The notes below the pieces were generated by a model. It searched no databases. It worked only from the letters and a program-made list of their open reading frames with translations, and was not told where the DNA came from. From positions 112,594,001 to 112,658,000 of the forward strand of contig NC_086097.1 of assembly GCF_963921235.1 (NCBI RefSeq): 64,000 nt of DNA, written 5' to 3'. Both the position numbers and the translations under genes were made by a program. This stretch comes from Mobula hypostoma (lineage: Eukaryota). How positions within the stretch are numbered: the stretch's first letter is position 1; every line of letters begins with the position of its first letter. Of the stretch, positions 25,585-38,898 are shown piece after piece.

Positions 25585-27640
25585 ACTTCCATTAGATACA
25601 TCATGGTCCAATGCCGTATTTAAGTTTGCTAACGACATCATCGTTACTGGCTGAATCAAAGGTGGTGACAAATCAACATATAGAAGAAAATCTGGATGAG
25701 TAACATAGAAATCTACAGCACATTACAGCTGCCCTTCAGCCCACAATGTTGTGCTGACCATGTAACCTACTCTAGAGACTGCCTAGAATTTACTTACCGC
25801 CTAGCCCTCTATTTTTCTAAGCTCTTTGTACCTATCTGAGAGTCTCTTAAAAGAACCTATTGTATCTGCTTCCACCACGGTCACCAGCCGTGCATTCCAT
25901 GCACCGACCACTCTCTGTGTGGAAAAACTTACCCCTGACATCCCCTCTGTACCTAACTCCAAGCACCTTAAACTATGACCCCTCGTGTTAGTATTTCAGC
26001 CCTGGGAAAAAGCCTCTGGCTAGCCACATGATCAATGCCTCTCATCATCTTATACACCTCTATCAGGTCACCTCTTATCCTCCATCGCTCCAAAGAGAAG
26101 AGGCCAAATTTACTCAACCTATTCTTGTAAGGCATGCTCTCCAATCCAGGCAACATCCTTGTAAATCTCCCCTGCACTCTTTCTATAGTATCCACATCCT
26201 TCCTTTAGTGAAGTGACCAGAACTGAACACAGTGCTCCAAGTGGGGTCTAACCAAGGTCTTATATAGTTGTAACATTACCTCACGGCTCTTGAACTCAAT
26301 CCCACGGTTGATGAAGGCCAACACACTATACGCCTTCTTAACAACACTGCCAACCTGCGCAGCAGCTTTGAGTGTCCTATGGACATGGACCCCAAGATTC
26401 CGATGATCCTCCACTCTGCCAAGAGTCTTACCATTAATATTATATTATGTCTTCAAATTTGACTGAGTGAAATGAACCACTTCACACTTACCTGGGTTGA
26501 ACTCCATCTGCCACTTCTCAGCCCATTTCTTCATCCTTTTGATGTCCCGCTGTAACCCTTGACAACTCTCCAGGCTATCCACAACAACCTCAACTTTTGT
26601 GTTATCAGCAAACTTTCTAACCCACCCTTCTACTTCCTCATCCAGTTCATTTATAAAAATGACAAAGAGGAAGGGATAGATCCCTGCAGAGCACCATTGG
26701 TCACTGTCCTCCAGAATATGAACCATCCACAGTCACCCTTTGCCTTCTGTGGTCAAGCCAATTCTGGATCCACAAAGCAAGGTCTCCTTGGATCCCGTGC
26801 CTTATTACTTTCTGAATGAACCTCGCATGGGGAACCTGATCAAATGCTTTACTAAGTAGTGCCACAACAACCTCTCATTCAACATCAGCAAAACTAAACA
26901 GATGATTATCCTAAAGAAGTTCCGGGGGAGAAGGTTGGGGGAACTTTAAACTTCTTGGTGTTATCATATCAGAGGATGTGTCATTGGACCAGCACAAAGA
27001 AAAACCCACAGCTCTTCTACTTTCTTAGAAGTTTGTGTAGATCTGACATGTCACCTTAAATTTAGACGATGGAAAATATTCTCACTGGTTGCATCACATC
27101 CTGGTACGGAGACAATGCCCAAACATGGAAAGGAAAATAGTAGATACAGTGCAGTCCAACACAGGCAAAGCTGTCCTGGTCATTGAGTACGTATATATTG
27201 AGCACTGCTACAAGAACATTGTCATTATCCCTCACCATCCAGGCCATGTTCTCTTCTTGTTACTACCATCGGGCAGACGGTACAGGAGCCTTAGGTCTCG
27301 AGACCCGTACCATCAGATTCAGGAACAGTTATTATCCTTCAGCCAACAGGCTGCTGAACTAGTGTGGAAACCTCATGCACAACTCTGTACTGATTCCAAA
27401 ACCTACAGACATATTTCAAGGATTTTACAACTCATGTTCTCAGTATTTTTTTTTAATTTGAGCATTTGTCTTCTTTTGCACATTAGTTGTTTGCCAGCCT
27501 TTGTTCATGCATAGTTTTTAATTTATTCCATGTATTTATTTATTTTCCTGTAAATGCCTGCAAGAAAATGAATCTCAAGGTTGTATATGGTAATCTTATA
27601 GTGTATGTGCTTTGATAATAAATTTACTTTGTTTTTGACT
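25585..27640 (+). mobile_element. Rex1/Babar-type LINE (RT to 3' tail), split by a CR1 insertion
   Basis: KFANDII..IKGGDKSTYRR before 25700 resumes as CHNNLSFNISKTKQ after 26856; HHPGHVLFLLLPSGRRYRSLR; ATAATAAATTTACTTTG tail. Confidence 0.8.
25701..26855 (-). mobile_element. CR1 LINE 3' fragment nested in the Rex1-type LINE
   Basis: KFADNTKV, RPHLEHCVQFWS and ERVQGRFTRMLPGLE motifs. Confidence 0.9.
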
Positions 27641-28049
27641 TTGATGGTCAACCTGTCCCATGACTCATATTAACCTCCTGTGGGACGCAGATAGCATTAA
27701 CTTTCTGCAGCTGCATATCCCTTATTTCTTGACCGTGTCACTAGTAATACTTATTAAGCTTATTATTGCCACTTGCACTGAGATACAATGAAAGGATTTT
27801 TTGCATGTCATACAGACAGAACATTCCATACATATGTACCTTGAGGTAGTACAAAATGAAAACAATAACAGAATGCATTGTCCAATGAAACAGAGCAGAC
27901 AAAAGCAGCAAAGGTATATCAGGCAATGGACCCTAAACATCCTGGACCTGGTGTTAAGCCTAGGGGTAAAGTGGGAGGTCAGATGCACAGCCATAGAGCA
28001 ACCTATCAAAATCAGCACACACAGAGCATCACTAACTTTTGACAAATTG

Positions 28050-28560
28050 TTCAAGTCCAAGTGCAAGTTTAATTGTCATTCAACAATACACAATACACTG
28101 TTCCTCCAGTGCCAGGGTACAAAACACAATACATACAGTCACACACAGCACATATATTGCAGACACGATAGCACGTACAGTCACAAAAATAATATTTGCA
28201 CAAGTCTCTGAGTGGCATGGACTGAAGATTGATGGTGCATGGGATGTAGACCTGGAGCCATGTTTCTTCAAGAAGAAGTATGCACCAATTCCTCATCTCG
28301 TGCTGGGTCAGCTGGAGATGAAAGTATTTCAGCTTGTCTTCTGGGGTGTGAACACTGGAGAGTAGCACCAATGGGAAAGATGACCCTCGAGGGCCAGCCC
28401 CAATCTAGCATGGATTCCAGCATGCTGACTGAGCCTCTGATCTCTCCCACACTGCCTCCGGCACCTCACCCCTTGGGTGGCTATAACAGGCGACGCCACA
28501 GCTTGACCACGCAGCTTCCCCGCCATCAATCTTGCCAATGAGCCAATGAACCAGGCATGC
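28050..28560 (-). mobile_element. Internally deleted LINE remnant with endonuclease-like segment
   Basis: RNWCILLLEETWL resembles the APE-domain ETWL motif; TTCAAGTCCAAGTGCAAG tail. Confidence 0.5.
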
Positions 28561-29429
28561 AGTATTTCGTATTACCAATGTCAAACAAGGTCTTGTGATC
28601 ACAAGAAAAATGTTTAAGACAAACATTTGCACCATTTGTTGGATCCTGAGAGTCCATTGCGAACAAGTGTGTCGCCATCTTTCCCGAAGCTTGGGAACAC
28701 CATCATCACAAAGTGATGGACAAAAGGGTAAGATCCAAAGAGCACAGGATGGAAATAAATCTTTTTATTCAGTATTGCCTTCAATCTAGGAATACGATTT
28801 AAAAATAGAACTGCCAACCAGAAAAAAAATGTTCTTAAACAGCAGTGCGGATTATATCCGTTACACAGCTTCATGCCCAAAATTAGGAAACTGTCAATCA
28901 CACTTCGCAACATGAAAGTGCCAGTTTGCATTTGATATTCATGAGGTGTATCGGTGAGCAAGTATGTCAGAATTACTAATGGGAGGTTACAAGAGGGTCC
29001 TAATTAAGTGTCACTTAGTAGGAAGATGGTACATCACCAATATTCTTATTACATTCAATCAGTTGTCTGTGAGACATTCAAATAGCTTTATAATATTTAC
29101 TTGTTAGAAACAGTCACAGTACAACACCTGTTTCTCAAGATGATGATTGAGCAAAAAAAGCTTCAGGTAAGATCTGTCAAAATAGCTTTGCTATGTACTC
29201 TGACCTCCATGTATCAGTACATTCTGCAAAGCAGTAACTCACAGGCAACAGCCTATTCAACCTGCACAACTATTGAATGAGATCATGCTGAACTGGAAGT
29301 AACCGCCACTCTACATCCCTACCTCCCTCTGGTAACCATTCAACACCTTTCTCACCAAGAATCTATCTACCTCTACCTTAAAAAAAACTGTTCAAAGAGT
29401 CTGCTTCCAACATATTGTGAGGAAGAGAT

Positions 29430-30700
29430 AAAAACGAAAAATGCTGGAAACCCTCAGCAGGAAAGGCAACAATCTGTGGAAAGAGAAAAAAATAGTTAAC
29501 AATTTAGGTCAAAGGCCCTTTTCCAGATCTGGAAAGTGAGAAACCAAGCTAGTTCAAAATGTGGAGCCGGCAGGAGGACTACTGGAAAGAGCATATGGAG
29601 TATCTCTCATTGGCTTGCCAAGGTGAATCAACTGTTAATGGAGCCACATGGCTGATAGATTGACGAGGGCAATTTAGGAAGATAGAAAACTAACTGTTAA
29701 GTTGTGAAATAAAGATGAGAGTGTAGCTGAGATGTGAAGCCAAATGAAGAATGGTGAAATACTCAGCAGATCATGCAATGTCCATGGAACAAAAAAAATC
29801 TGAGTTAATATTACAGCAGTATTAATCATTTGTAATAAAAACAGAAATAGAAAATCACACCTTGAATGTTAGAACTGGAGTTTGAGTTCTGGATGGTAAT
29901 ACTTGGAAGATGAGGTGCCATTCCTCAAACTTACATTTGTCTTCATTGGCTATTTGCAGAAAGCCAGGTATTGGTAGGTCAGAGTGGGAATGGAATGGAG
30001 AACTAAAGCAAGAGACAACTGGAAGCTCCAGGTTACCCATGTGAACAGATCGGCAAATGATCACTCAATCTGCAGTTGGCATCTCCATTGTAACGAAGAC
30101 CACATTGGGAACTCCAGATGCAATATACCAGATTAGAAGAAGTGTCAATGAATTGCTATTTCACCAAACAGGACTTTTTTAGGTTTTTATGTTGCAGGAA
30201 AGGACAACATAAACGGGTAGGCATTGTCTGTCCTACAGATGCATGCAGACAACTGAAGTGATGGTGGAGATGGAAAAGTGGAAAAAGGAGTCACAAAGGG
30301 AATTGTCCCTTCAAAAAACTGAAAGGGCCAGGAAGGGAAAGATAACTCTGAATCGTATTGAAGGAGGTAGTGATTACAAAGAATGATGGTTGGCAGGTGA
30401 AAAGTCAGAGCCAACAAATCTATACTTACTCTGACCTGGGGGAAAAAATGTGGTGTACTGCCTGGTAGTAGATGAAACACAACTGAGGTCTACCAATTTT
30501 TACAGAGGAAAGCCATGGCAAGACAGGAAGAAAAATGTCAGAAACATGAGATCATAGCACATGCAAAGGAGAAGGAGAAATTGGGAGAATGTGATCAGGA
30601 GACTTGATGAGAGAAATTATAATCCAGATAGCTGTGGGAGTGTGTGGGCTTGCAATACATGTTGGTCATTAAGAACAAGAGTTTCTCAGTGATTAACATC
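29430..30700 (-). mobile_element. Decayed Penelope-like element with GIY-YIG endonuclease remnant
   Basis: Minus strand 30054-30137 translates SNLVYCIWSSQCGLRYNGDANCRLSDHL; terminal arms of the AAATGCTGG..CTCAGCAGG family at 29430-29540 and ~29750. Confidence 0.7.
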
Positions 30701-30769
30701 ATTATAATGGATGTTGGATACTTTGAGAAAGAGCATTTCAAAGATTCATGGAAATAGATTTCCCTCATT

Positions 30770-31975
30770 ACTGTATTAAATGGCTAATTCCTTAGTTTTG
30801 GACAGTGAACTCTAGTTCTAGATTCTCCCACAAGAGAAAACATTCTTTACATATTGGCCCTGTCAGGACTGCTCAAGATGTTATTGCTACAAATCAAGTT
30901 CCCACTCTCACTTTGAAGCTCAATTGGATATAAGCCTAGCCTGCAGAACCTCTTCTCATGAGTCGTCCATCAATTTTGTTGCTAATCTATTAAACTTTCC
31001 CTGAAATGCTTTCAATTGTTGACAAGCTCTCCTGAAATAAATACTGTGTATGTTACTCCAGATATGGTCTCACAAATGCATTACAAAACAGAAACATAAC
31101 ATCTCTACTTTTGAATTTAATTCCCTAGCAATAAATAATAACAATCTCTTAGGTTTCCTAATTAATTGCAATACTTGCCTTTTGCGATTGTGCACAAGGA
31201 CCTCCAGATCCTTTTACATCTCAGAGGATATCCATAATATCCAACATTTTTTTTGTATTATATACTGTTTCCCAGATCTTATCCCACCCACGTTACATAT
31301 CTTTATTCCCCCACAGTCTCCATATGTCCTCTTCACAACTTTCCTACTGGTGTTTAAGCAACCATACCTTCAGGTACCTTCATCCAAGTAATTTACATAA
31401 AGTGTAAACAAATTGAGATGCTAGCACTATTACATCCTGCTAGCACTATTACATCCTGCTAGCAAAGATCCATTCATGGTACTTTGTTTCCTGGTAGCCA
31501 GCCAGTCTTCTCTCCACAACAAAATGTTACCTTCTAAACTATGAACTTTTACTTTTTACAATAATCTTTAATAAGCCACTTTATCAAGCATCTTGTGGAA
31601 ATCTAGGAATTCATCCACTCATTTCCATTACCTTATGACTCATGTTACTTTCTTGATGAACTCTGAAAAATTGGTCCAATATAATTTCTATTTCACAAAA
31701 CTGCTGCGACTTTCCCTGATTACTGAGATTTTTCCCAAGTACCCTACTAGAACAAGTTTGATAAATGTTTCCAACATTTTCCACACGACAGGTATTAAGT
31801 TTACTGGCCTATTTCCTGTCTCCCTCTCTTGTAAAGCAAAGGAATTACATTGACTCTTTCCCAATTTAGTACAAACTTCCTCAAATTTTGGAAAATTAAA
31901 AGCAAAGCATCAACTGTGTCACCAGCCACCTCTTTTAAGTTCCTTGGATCTAATCCATCAGGATCTAAACAATTG
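30770..31975 (-). mobile_element. Old CR1 LINE fragments
   Basis: Degenerate similarity to the CR1 RT and 3' regions elsewhere in the window. Confidence 0.55.
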
Positions 31976-32589
31976 TCAACAGAACAAGAGATTTTGCAGT
32001 TTTTGAAAATCTAGAGCAACATACTCAAAATGGAGGCAAGTAAACAGTCGATGTCTCAGCCCAAAATATCGGCCGTTTATTTCTCTCCACAGATGCTACC
32101 TGACCTGCTGAGTTCCTCCAGCAGTTTGTGTATCTTGCTCTTGAGAATTGTCAACTACCACCTCCAACAATTTGCTCAGTATCCAATCTCTGATGATTGC
32201 AATTTTCACTAAATTCTTTCTTAACTTCCATTCACAACTTACTGCTACTTCTCAGGTAGTAATTGTCTCTCCTACATGCTTCAGCTAACCGAAAGAAAGT
32301 GCTGAGCCTCCTTTGAAACAACCTTTCGGCATAGAAGGAAGCTACTTGTACATGCAACTTCTCTTTGAAAGAAACTTCTAATTTTGACCTATTCCTTGGT
32401 TTTCCCATAATCATGAAAATTAGTTCTCCTCCAACACTCGTTCAATTGCCAACGGAAGTTTCTGTTAAATCTGCTGTCACCACACTTTCAGGAAGTCTGT
32501 TACCAGTCTGTGTGAAATAATTTCTCTTGCCAAGAATTTTATATCAATGGATGGTGGTGAAGTCCCCTTGACAGCATAAATACTTTTAT

Positions 32590-35500
32590 TTATTTCTTCT
32601 TCATTTAGCGATGCAGCGCAAAACAGGCCCTTCTGGCCCAATGAGCCACATCATCCAGCAACCCACCTATTTAATGCTAGTTTAATCACAAGACTATTTA
32701 CAATGTCCAATTAACCTACTAACTGGTACGTTTACGGACTGTGGGTAGAAATCAGAGCACCCACAGAAAACTTTTGTGTATTTAATATTTCCCTAGTATA
32801 CGAGTACTATTGTAAATATACTGTTTGATTAATATTCTTTATTAGTTTAAGTAATTAATTGTATGTAAAAGTACATAAATGGCATACATTATCATACCAC
32901 TGCGTCATATGTGCAGATCTTGCTCAGAGTAAAGAACAAACTAAGACCTGTTCTCCCATCTTTTTATTGCAATTAGTTTTTTTATGTTTTAAAGGTACAA
33001 AACAGTGGTAACGAGGTATTTAAAAAAAAATAAACCAGCGATGCTACCTATCTTTTGAAGCACAGCAAAACGGTTGAGTTAAAAAAGAAGCTCAGTGAAA
33101 AACAGTTGAATAAAAAAGTGGTGCAGCACATGCTTCTTTTGAAGTGAAGACATGGTCAAATTTAGGATAAGACAGCAAATAGAAGAATTCGCAGGTTCAT
33201 AAACAATGAGCACCAGGTGACAATAATCATAAATTTAAGAAAGAGCAGAAATGGCTGGCTACATCAGAAAGATAAACAAGTTTTATTGCACAAAAGACAA
33301 CTGGAATATGTACACTGAATGGATTGAGCAGTAAATTGAAGCAAATGAAATAGCCAGTGAGAAGTGAGAACTGGTTTTGCAGAGTCCACTGGGTTTAAAG
33401 GCACGCAGTTTGTTTAGATGCTTGACTGCTCCAACCAAATCAGCTGACGTGAGCTCTGCTGATATCATGAAAGTTATGCAGGTACATTTAGAACTGAGAG
33501 TACTGTTGATGGCAAAACACTTTAGGTTTCATAAGCGGAATATAAAGGAAGTCAGTGTAAGTGACTAAATTCAAGAAATTGTCTGAGCTTCGTCAGTTCA
33601 ATAATAAGCTTAATGATGAACCGAGGGATCGCTTAACCTGTGCAATCTTACAAGAAAGCATTCAAAACAGTTCCTGACTGTATCGCAACTTATATTTAAA
33701 AGAGCAGTTGAAATAGCTGTATCAATGGAAACATCAGGCAGAGACGGAACTGAGTTGTAGACAGGAATGAAAGTGAGCATGAACAAAATTGCAATGTCTA
33801 AGCTAAAAAGGGCCTGGTCAAACAAATTGTGTCACCACTGCTAGGTGCTCACGTGCATCAGACCAATGCAGATTTAAAGGTGAAACTTGCAGAATATGTT
33901 ACAAATTTGGAGACATACAAAGAGCATGTCAGGCAGACAGAAACAAATGGACTGCAAAGGGAGCGAAAAAGCTAAAAAGCCAACTTGCACTTTCAAAAAG
34001 AGTACTAATCTGAATGCTCCAGATGAAAAATCTGACCATGATGAGAGTGACACAGAAACTGGATAATCTTGAGATTTACATTGTGAAAACTAACAATAGG
34101 CAAGCAATATTGCTTAACCAGAAGTGAACGACAAATTACTTAGAACAGAATTGGACACGGGCTTGGCTGTTTCAGTCATTCCAAAAAATGAGCTTGGATA
34201 GCATTTCAAAGATAGTAAGCTACACCCTGCAGATATCCAATTAAGAACTGAGACTGGAGAAAAGATAATTCCTGTGGGAATGACATTCGTAGCAGTAAAG
34301 TACAACAACCAACAAGCTACATTGAGCTTGCATGTGGTAAAAACAAGAGGATCAGCATTGTGGGGTCATGATTGGCTGAGATAACTACAAATTGATTGGT
34401 GATCCACCTACCATTTGCATGTCTGTAATAGAGTCAACAGAAAGTGAATGAAGAAAGGTACTGGATGATGCCAGAACTGTCTCCATGCTGTACACCATGA
34501 AGCATTGCTGAACAGTCGGAAAACAGGTGTTGGTGACAACCTCTGTGCCTCTGGTTGGAAAGCATATTGGACTAAGGAAGGACCATACTGCTCAGATGAA
34601 CCATGAAAATGACAAAAGCAGTGTCTGACTACAACAGTTTCATAGGGAATGTATCTTAGAAAGCTTCTGATGTGTTAATCAGGCAGTACTTTCCAAATAT
34701 TGTTTGGTTTTAAGCTGGAAGGGAGTTCAAGAAGCATTAAGAAAGTTTCAAGCATTTGGCTTTTGTGAGTATAAAGAACCAGAATCTTCACTGCATACAT
34801 TAAGGTTATTGCATGAACTTCAAGTGGTAGACTAAATGCTGCTTGTAAAAGTAGATGCAAAGACAAAAGTAGATGAATGGAAGGCTAAAGGGAAACATGT
34901 CAATGAGATACAAAAACTGAGGATTCGTTAGATGATGTTGTGGATGAGGAAACCAAGAGCAGAGATCAGATTGTAAAGGGAGCAATAGAAAGATTAATAA
35001 TAGAATACAGTGAAGTAAATGCACCTTCCCAAGATCAAGATGCATGTCCTAGAAAGAAGAAAAGGGGATAAAAAGGAGGATAATATAAGTGCTATGGAAA
35101 TGGAAGAGGATAAATGAGACCTAATTTCTTGAGAAATTAACAAATTCAGGAATACTCATAAGAAACTAGATGAAGAAAAAGGAAGGTGAGAAAAAAAAAA
35201 CATGAAGTTGAAAAGCAGCAAAACAAGGATTGAGGCAGATCTAGAGAGCTGGTAAAAGGAGAAAAAAGGTTCTCAGAGCTGTCAGAACCTCTTCCTGCCA
35301 TCAATTACAATGACCGCAGAGGAGGCCCCAGAACCTGAGATTGTTTTCACAGCCACAAGTCTCATCTGTCAAGCAGAGTGACACCCCTTGTTGAAATGCA
35401 TTCTGTATTGAGTTGGAGCTTATAACCAAGCAGGGAGGAGTAATGTGTATTTAATGTTTCAGTAATATTGTAAATATATTGTTTAAGTAAGCATTCCTTA

Positions 35501-35760
35501 TTTATTTAAATAATTCATTGTGGGTTATATGTAAAAGTACATAAATGACAAACATCATCATACATGTGCATCTCGTTTAAAGTAAACAACAAGCTAAGAC
35601 CCATTCTCCTGGGCTCTCATCTTTTTCTTCCAATTAGATTTTATGTTTGCAAGTTACAAAACATAACAGAAACTCACACGGTTCATGCGAATAGAGCTCC
35701 AAGTTCTAGAATGCCCTGAGCTGTAATCATGTCACGCTAACCATTACTCTATTGTAGCAT
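32590..35760 (-). mobile_element. V-SINE-like element split by a Gypsy insertion (halves 32590-32771 and 35669-35760)
   Basis: Core ...GAGCACCCACAGAAAAC resumes as GAAACTCACACGG...GAGCTGTAAT after the LTR element. Confidence 0.75.
32772..35668 (+). mobile_element. Internally deleted Gypsy LTR element with both LTRs (32772-33004; 35441-35668), PBS, gag-pro remnant and PPT
   Basis: Same family as 1070-3102; PBS GTGGTAACGAGG; gag ATG at 33251; protease ELDTGLAVSVIP ~34148-34183; PPT AAGCAGGGAGGAG; TSD AAAAC / GAAAC. Confidence 0.88.
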
Positions 35761-36392
35761 CTGGAACAGGTAGGGCTTACAAGCTGATATCTCCTTAGTC
35801 TCTATTATAGATTGTAATTCCACATTTACTTAAGTTGCTGTGATGAGATTTGAATTCTTATTTTTGGATCATCGGCCAACGCTTCTTGCTTAGAAGTCTA
35901 GTACCCTAACCATTATGACACCATAGACAAGCATGCCCATTGAGATTCTTAGTCTCATGTGCCCGATCATCTTTTTCCTTAGCTATTTTTGAGAATTCAT
36001 TTGTAATGTCATGGAGTCAAAGAGCGCACAAACTGGTCCTTTAGCTCATCGCATCTATACCCATTTGTTTAGTTAACCAAACTCTGTCTATCTGCGTTAG
36101 GACAAAGTTCAAAATTCAAAGTATTTATTATCAAAGTACATGTATGTAACCATATACTATCCTGAGATTTGTTTTCTTGCGGATATTCACAATAAATACA
36201 AAGAAACAATAAAATGAATAAAAAACTGCACACAAATAAAGACAAGCAACCAATGTGCTAAAGACAACAAACTGTGTAAGTACCAAGAGAAAAATAATAA
36301 TAATAATTAATAAACAAGTAATAAATTCTGTGAAAATGTGTTGTAGTGTCCTTGAAATTGAGTCCAGAGTTTGTGGAGTCTGTATCCCTTTC

Positions 36393-36472
36393 CAGGGGAT
36401 CCCAACCTGGTGTTTATGGACCACTTGCTTAGTGGTATTGGTCGAAGGCATAAAAATGTTTGGGAGCTCCTG
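36393..36472. mobile_element. hAT MITE (same family as 24043)
   Basis: CAGGGGATCCCAA...TTGGGAGCTCCTG; matching internal sequence. Confidence 0.75.
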
Positions 36473-36875
36473 CTTTACGCCTTGCCTATTTACGCTCCTG
36501 TCTGAATGTCTCTTAAATGTAGTAACTGTATCTGACTTCACCACATCCTCTGGCAACAAGTTCCAGATATTAACCACTTCATGTGTAAGAAAAGAACTTA
36601 CCCCTTAAATCTTCTTTAAAAGCTCCATTTTCTTTCCTTAAACATCTGCCCTCTTGTTTTTGATATCTCAGCAAAAAACTGACTACTCAGTCTATCTATT
36701 ACTATTTTATAATCCCTCTGTCAGATCACCCTTTAGCCTCCTTCACTCCAGTAAAAACAAACCCAACCTATCCAAGTTTATGTTATAATTATGTCCTACT
36801 ATGTTTACATATCTGAAATTTGCCAACAAATTTGTAACTCCTTCCTAGTAATCTATAGTCAACTTTGTGCAATAT

Positions 36876-37889
36876 ACAGAAACATGGAAAACCTGCAGCA
36901 CAATACAGCTCCTTTGGCCCACAAATCTGTGCCAAACATGTCCTTACCTTAAAAATTACCTAGGGTTAACCATAGCCCTCTGTTTTTCTAAGCTCCATGT
37001 ACCTGTGGTTGGGCACGTGGCCAAGTGGTTAATGTGTTCGTCTAGTTATCTCAAGGTCACTAGTTCGAGCCTCAGCTGTGGCAGCGTGTTTGTGCCCTTG
37101 AGCAAGGCACTTAATCACACATTGCTCTAGTCTGTGCGAGGAGTGGTGCCCACACAGACTTCCAATCTGCGCCTTGTAGAGCATGAAAATGCCCGATGCA
37201 GGCCTCTCATGGTCTGAGTCGACATTCCCCTCCCTCCGATGTACCTATCCAGGAGTCTCTTAAAAGACCCTATCATATCTGCCTCCACCACCATCGCCAA
37301 CAGCCCATTCTACACACTCACCGCTCTCTGCGTAAAAAAAACCTTACCCCTGACATCTCCTCTGTACCTACTTCCAAGCACCTTAAAACTATGCCCTCTC
37401 ACGTTAGCCATTTCAGGCCTGGGAAAAAGCCTCTGATTATCCACACGATCAGTGCCTCTCATCATCTTATACACCTTTATCGGGTTACCTCTCATCCTCC
37501 GTCACTCCAAGGAGAAAAGGTCAAGTTCACTCAACCTATTCTCATAGGGCATGTTTCCCAATCCACGCAACATTCTTGTAAATCTCCTCCGCACCTTTTC
37601 CAAAGTTTCCACATCCTTCCTGTAGTGAGGCGACCAGAACTGCGCACAATTCTCCAAGTGGGGTCTGCCCAGGGCCCTATATAGCTGCAACATTATCTCT
37701 CGGCTCCTAAATTCAATTCCATGATTAATGAAGGCCAATTCACCGTATGCCTTCTTAACCACAGCATCAACCTTCGCAGCTGCTTTGAGTGTCCTATGGA
37801 CTCAGACCCCAAGATCCCTCTGATCCTCCACACAGCCAAGAGTCTTACCATTAATGCTATATTTTGCCATCATATTTGACCTACCAAAA
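36876..37889 (-). mobile_element. CR1 LINE 3' fragment with nested SINE
   Basis: RPHLENCAQFWSPHYRKDVETLEKV; near-identical layout to 25701-26470. Confidence 0.9.
37005..37238 (+). mobile_element. tRNA-derived SINE with 8-bp TSD
   Basis: A box TGGCCAAGTGG, B box GTTCGAGCC, core GTGCCCTTGAGCAAGGCACTTAA; TSD ATGTACCT at 36997-37004 and 37239-37246; its 3' tail recurs inverted at ~23540-23582. Confidence 0.9.
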
Positions 37890-38021
37890 GTTATTATTTC
37901 CTTTAATATCTTGATCAAACAGATCTAATCTTTAAACATTCTGACATAACATGCTTCCTTCACACAAACCTATCAATCTCATTTCTGGATTTTTCTTCAT
38001 CTCTATTCTTCACACACAGAC

Positions 38022-38267
38022 TGTTGTGTATTTAATATTTAAGTAATGTTTGAGTAATCTTGTATATATATTGGTTGATTAAGCATTCCGGTTTGTTTAA
38101 ATAATTTATTATGGGTTATATGTATAAATATGTGAATTGCATACGTCATCATGCTACCATGTGATATGTGGGTGCCTGGCTTAAAGTAAACCCGAAGTTA
38201 GACCTGCATTTCGGACTCTTGTGTCTTCCTTCGAATTAGTTTAATGTTTTGAAGTTACAAACTAACA
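38022..38267 (+). mobile_element. Solo LTR (246 bp) of the Gypsy family above
   Basis: TGTT...AACA ends; perfect 5-bp TSD CAGAC; alignable to the LTRs at 1070-1241, 32772 and 35441. Confidence 0.93.
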
Positions 38268-38703
38268 CAGACACAATCCATAAATTGCTTTCTTCCCAGT
38301 CACAACCATTCTATAACTGCATAAACACAGTGTAGCTCAGAATGATTGGATCCCATTCCTTCTCATACTTAGGCAGGTTCCTTTCATAGTAATTGCAATA
38401 TAATTGCAGTTGCAACTTTTGACTGTCATCTTGTAATGACACGTGAACCGAGAGCTGGGTTTTTATCTTTTATCCATGCAATAACTGATCTATTTCAGAT
38501 TCAGATTATAGGTTTATTTATCATGTGCCCATTGAAACATACAGTAAAATACATCACTTGCGTTAACAACCAACACAGCCTAGGGATGTGCTGGGGGCAG
38601 CCGAGGAGTGTGCCACACATTTTAGCACCAACATAGCATGCCCACAATGCTTTGCAAAACAACACAGAACACAACAAGCAACAAAACAACAATAAAATAA
38701 AGT

Positions 38704-38898
38704 ACAAACAACAGGAATTCTGAAGATGCTGGAAATTCAAGCAACACACATCAAAGTTGCTGGTGAGCGCAGCAGGCCAGGCAGCATCTCTAGGAAGAAG
38801 TAGTCCTGATGAAGGGTCTCAGCCTGAAACGTTGACTGTACCTCTTCCTAGAGATGCTGCCTGGCCTGCTGCGCTCACCAGCAACTTTGATATGTGTT
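38704..38898 (+). mobile_element. Hairpin mini-retroelement (Penelope-type) with 13-bp TSD
   Basis: 56-bp inverted arms 38743-38798 / 38843-38898 with 1 mismatch; TSD AATAAAATAAAGT at 38691-38703 and 38899-38911. Confidence 0.9.
38802..38837 (+). ncRNA. Minimal type I hammerhead ribozyme motif
   Basis: AGTC-CTGATGA-A-GGGT CTCA GCCT-GAAAC-GTT-GACT: helix I AGTC/GACT, conserved core boxes, NUH triplet GUU, palindromic AACGTT in place of helix III. Activity not shown. Confidence 0.7.

Noticed and set aside
31420..31464. 19-bp tandem duplication
   Set aside because: Ordinary slippage inside an old CR1 fragment
37005..37080. tRNA gene
   Set aside because: A and B boxes are present but continue into a SINE body with a TSD; no proper cloverleaf
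38743..38898. pre-miRNA gene
   Set aside because: The hairpin is explained by a multicopy TSD-flanked repeat; small-RNA production cannot be judged from sequence
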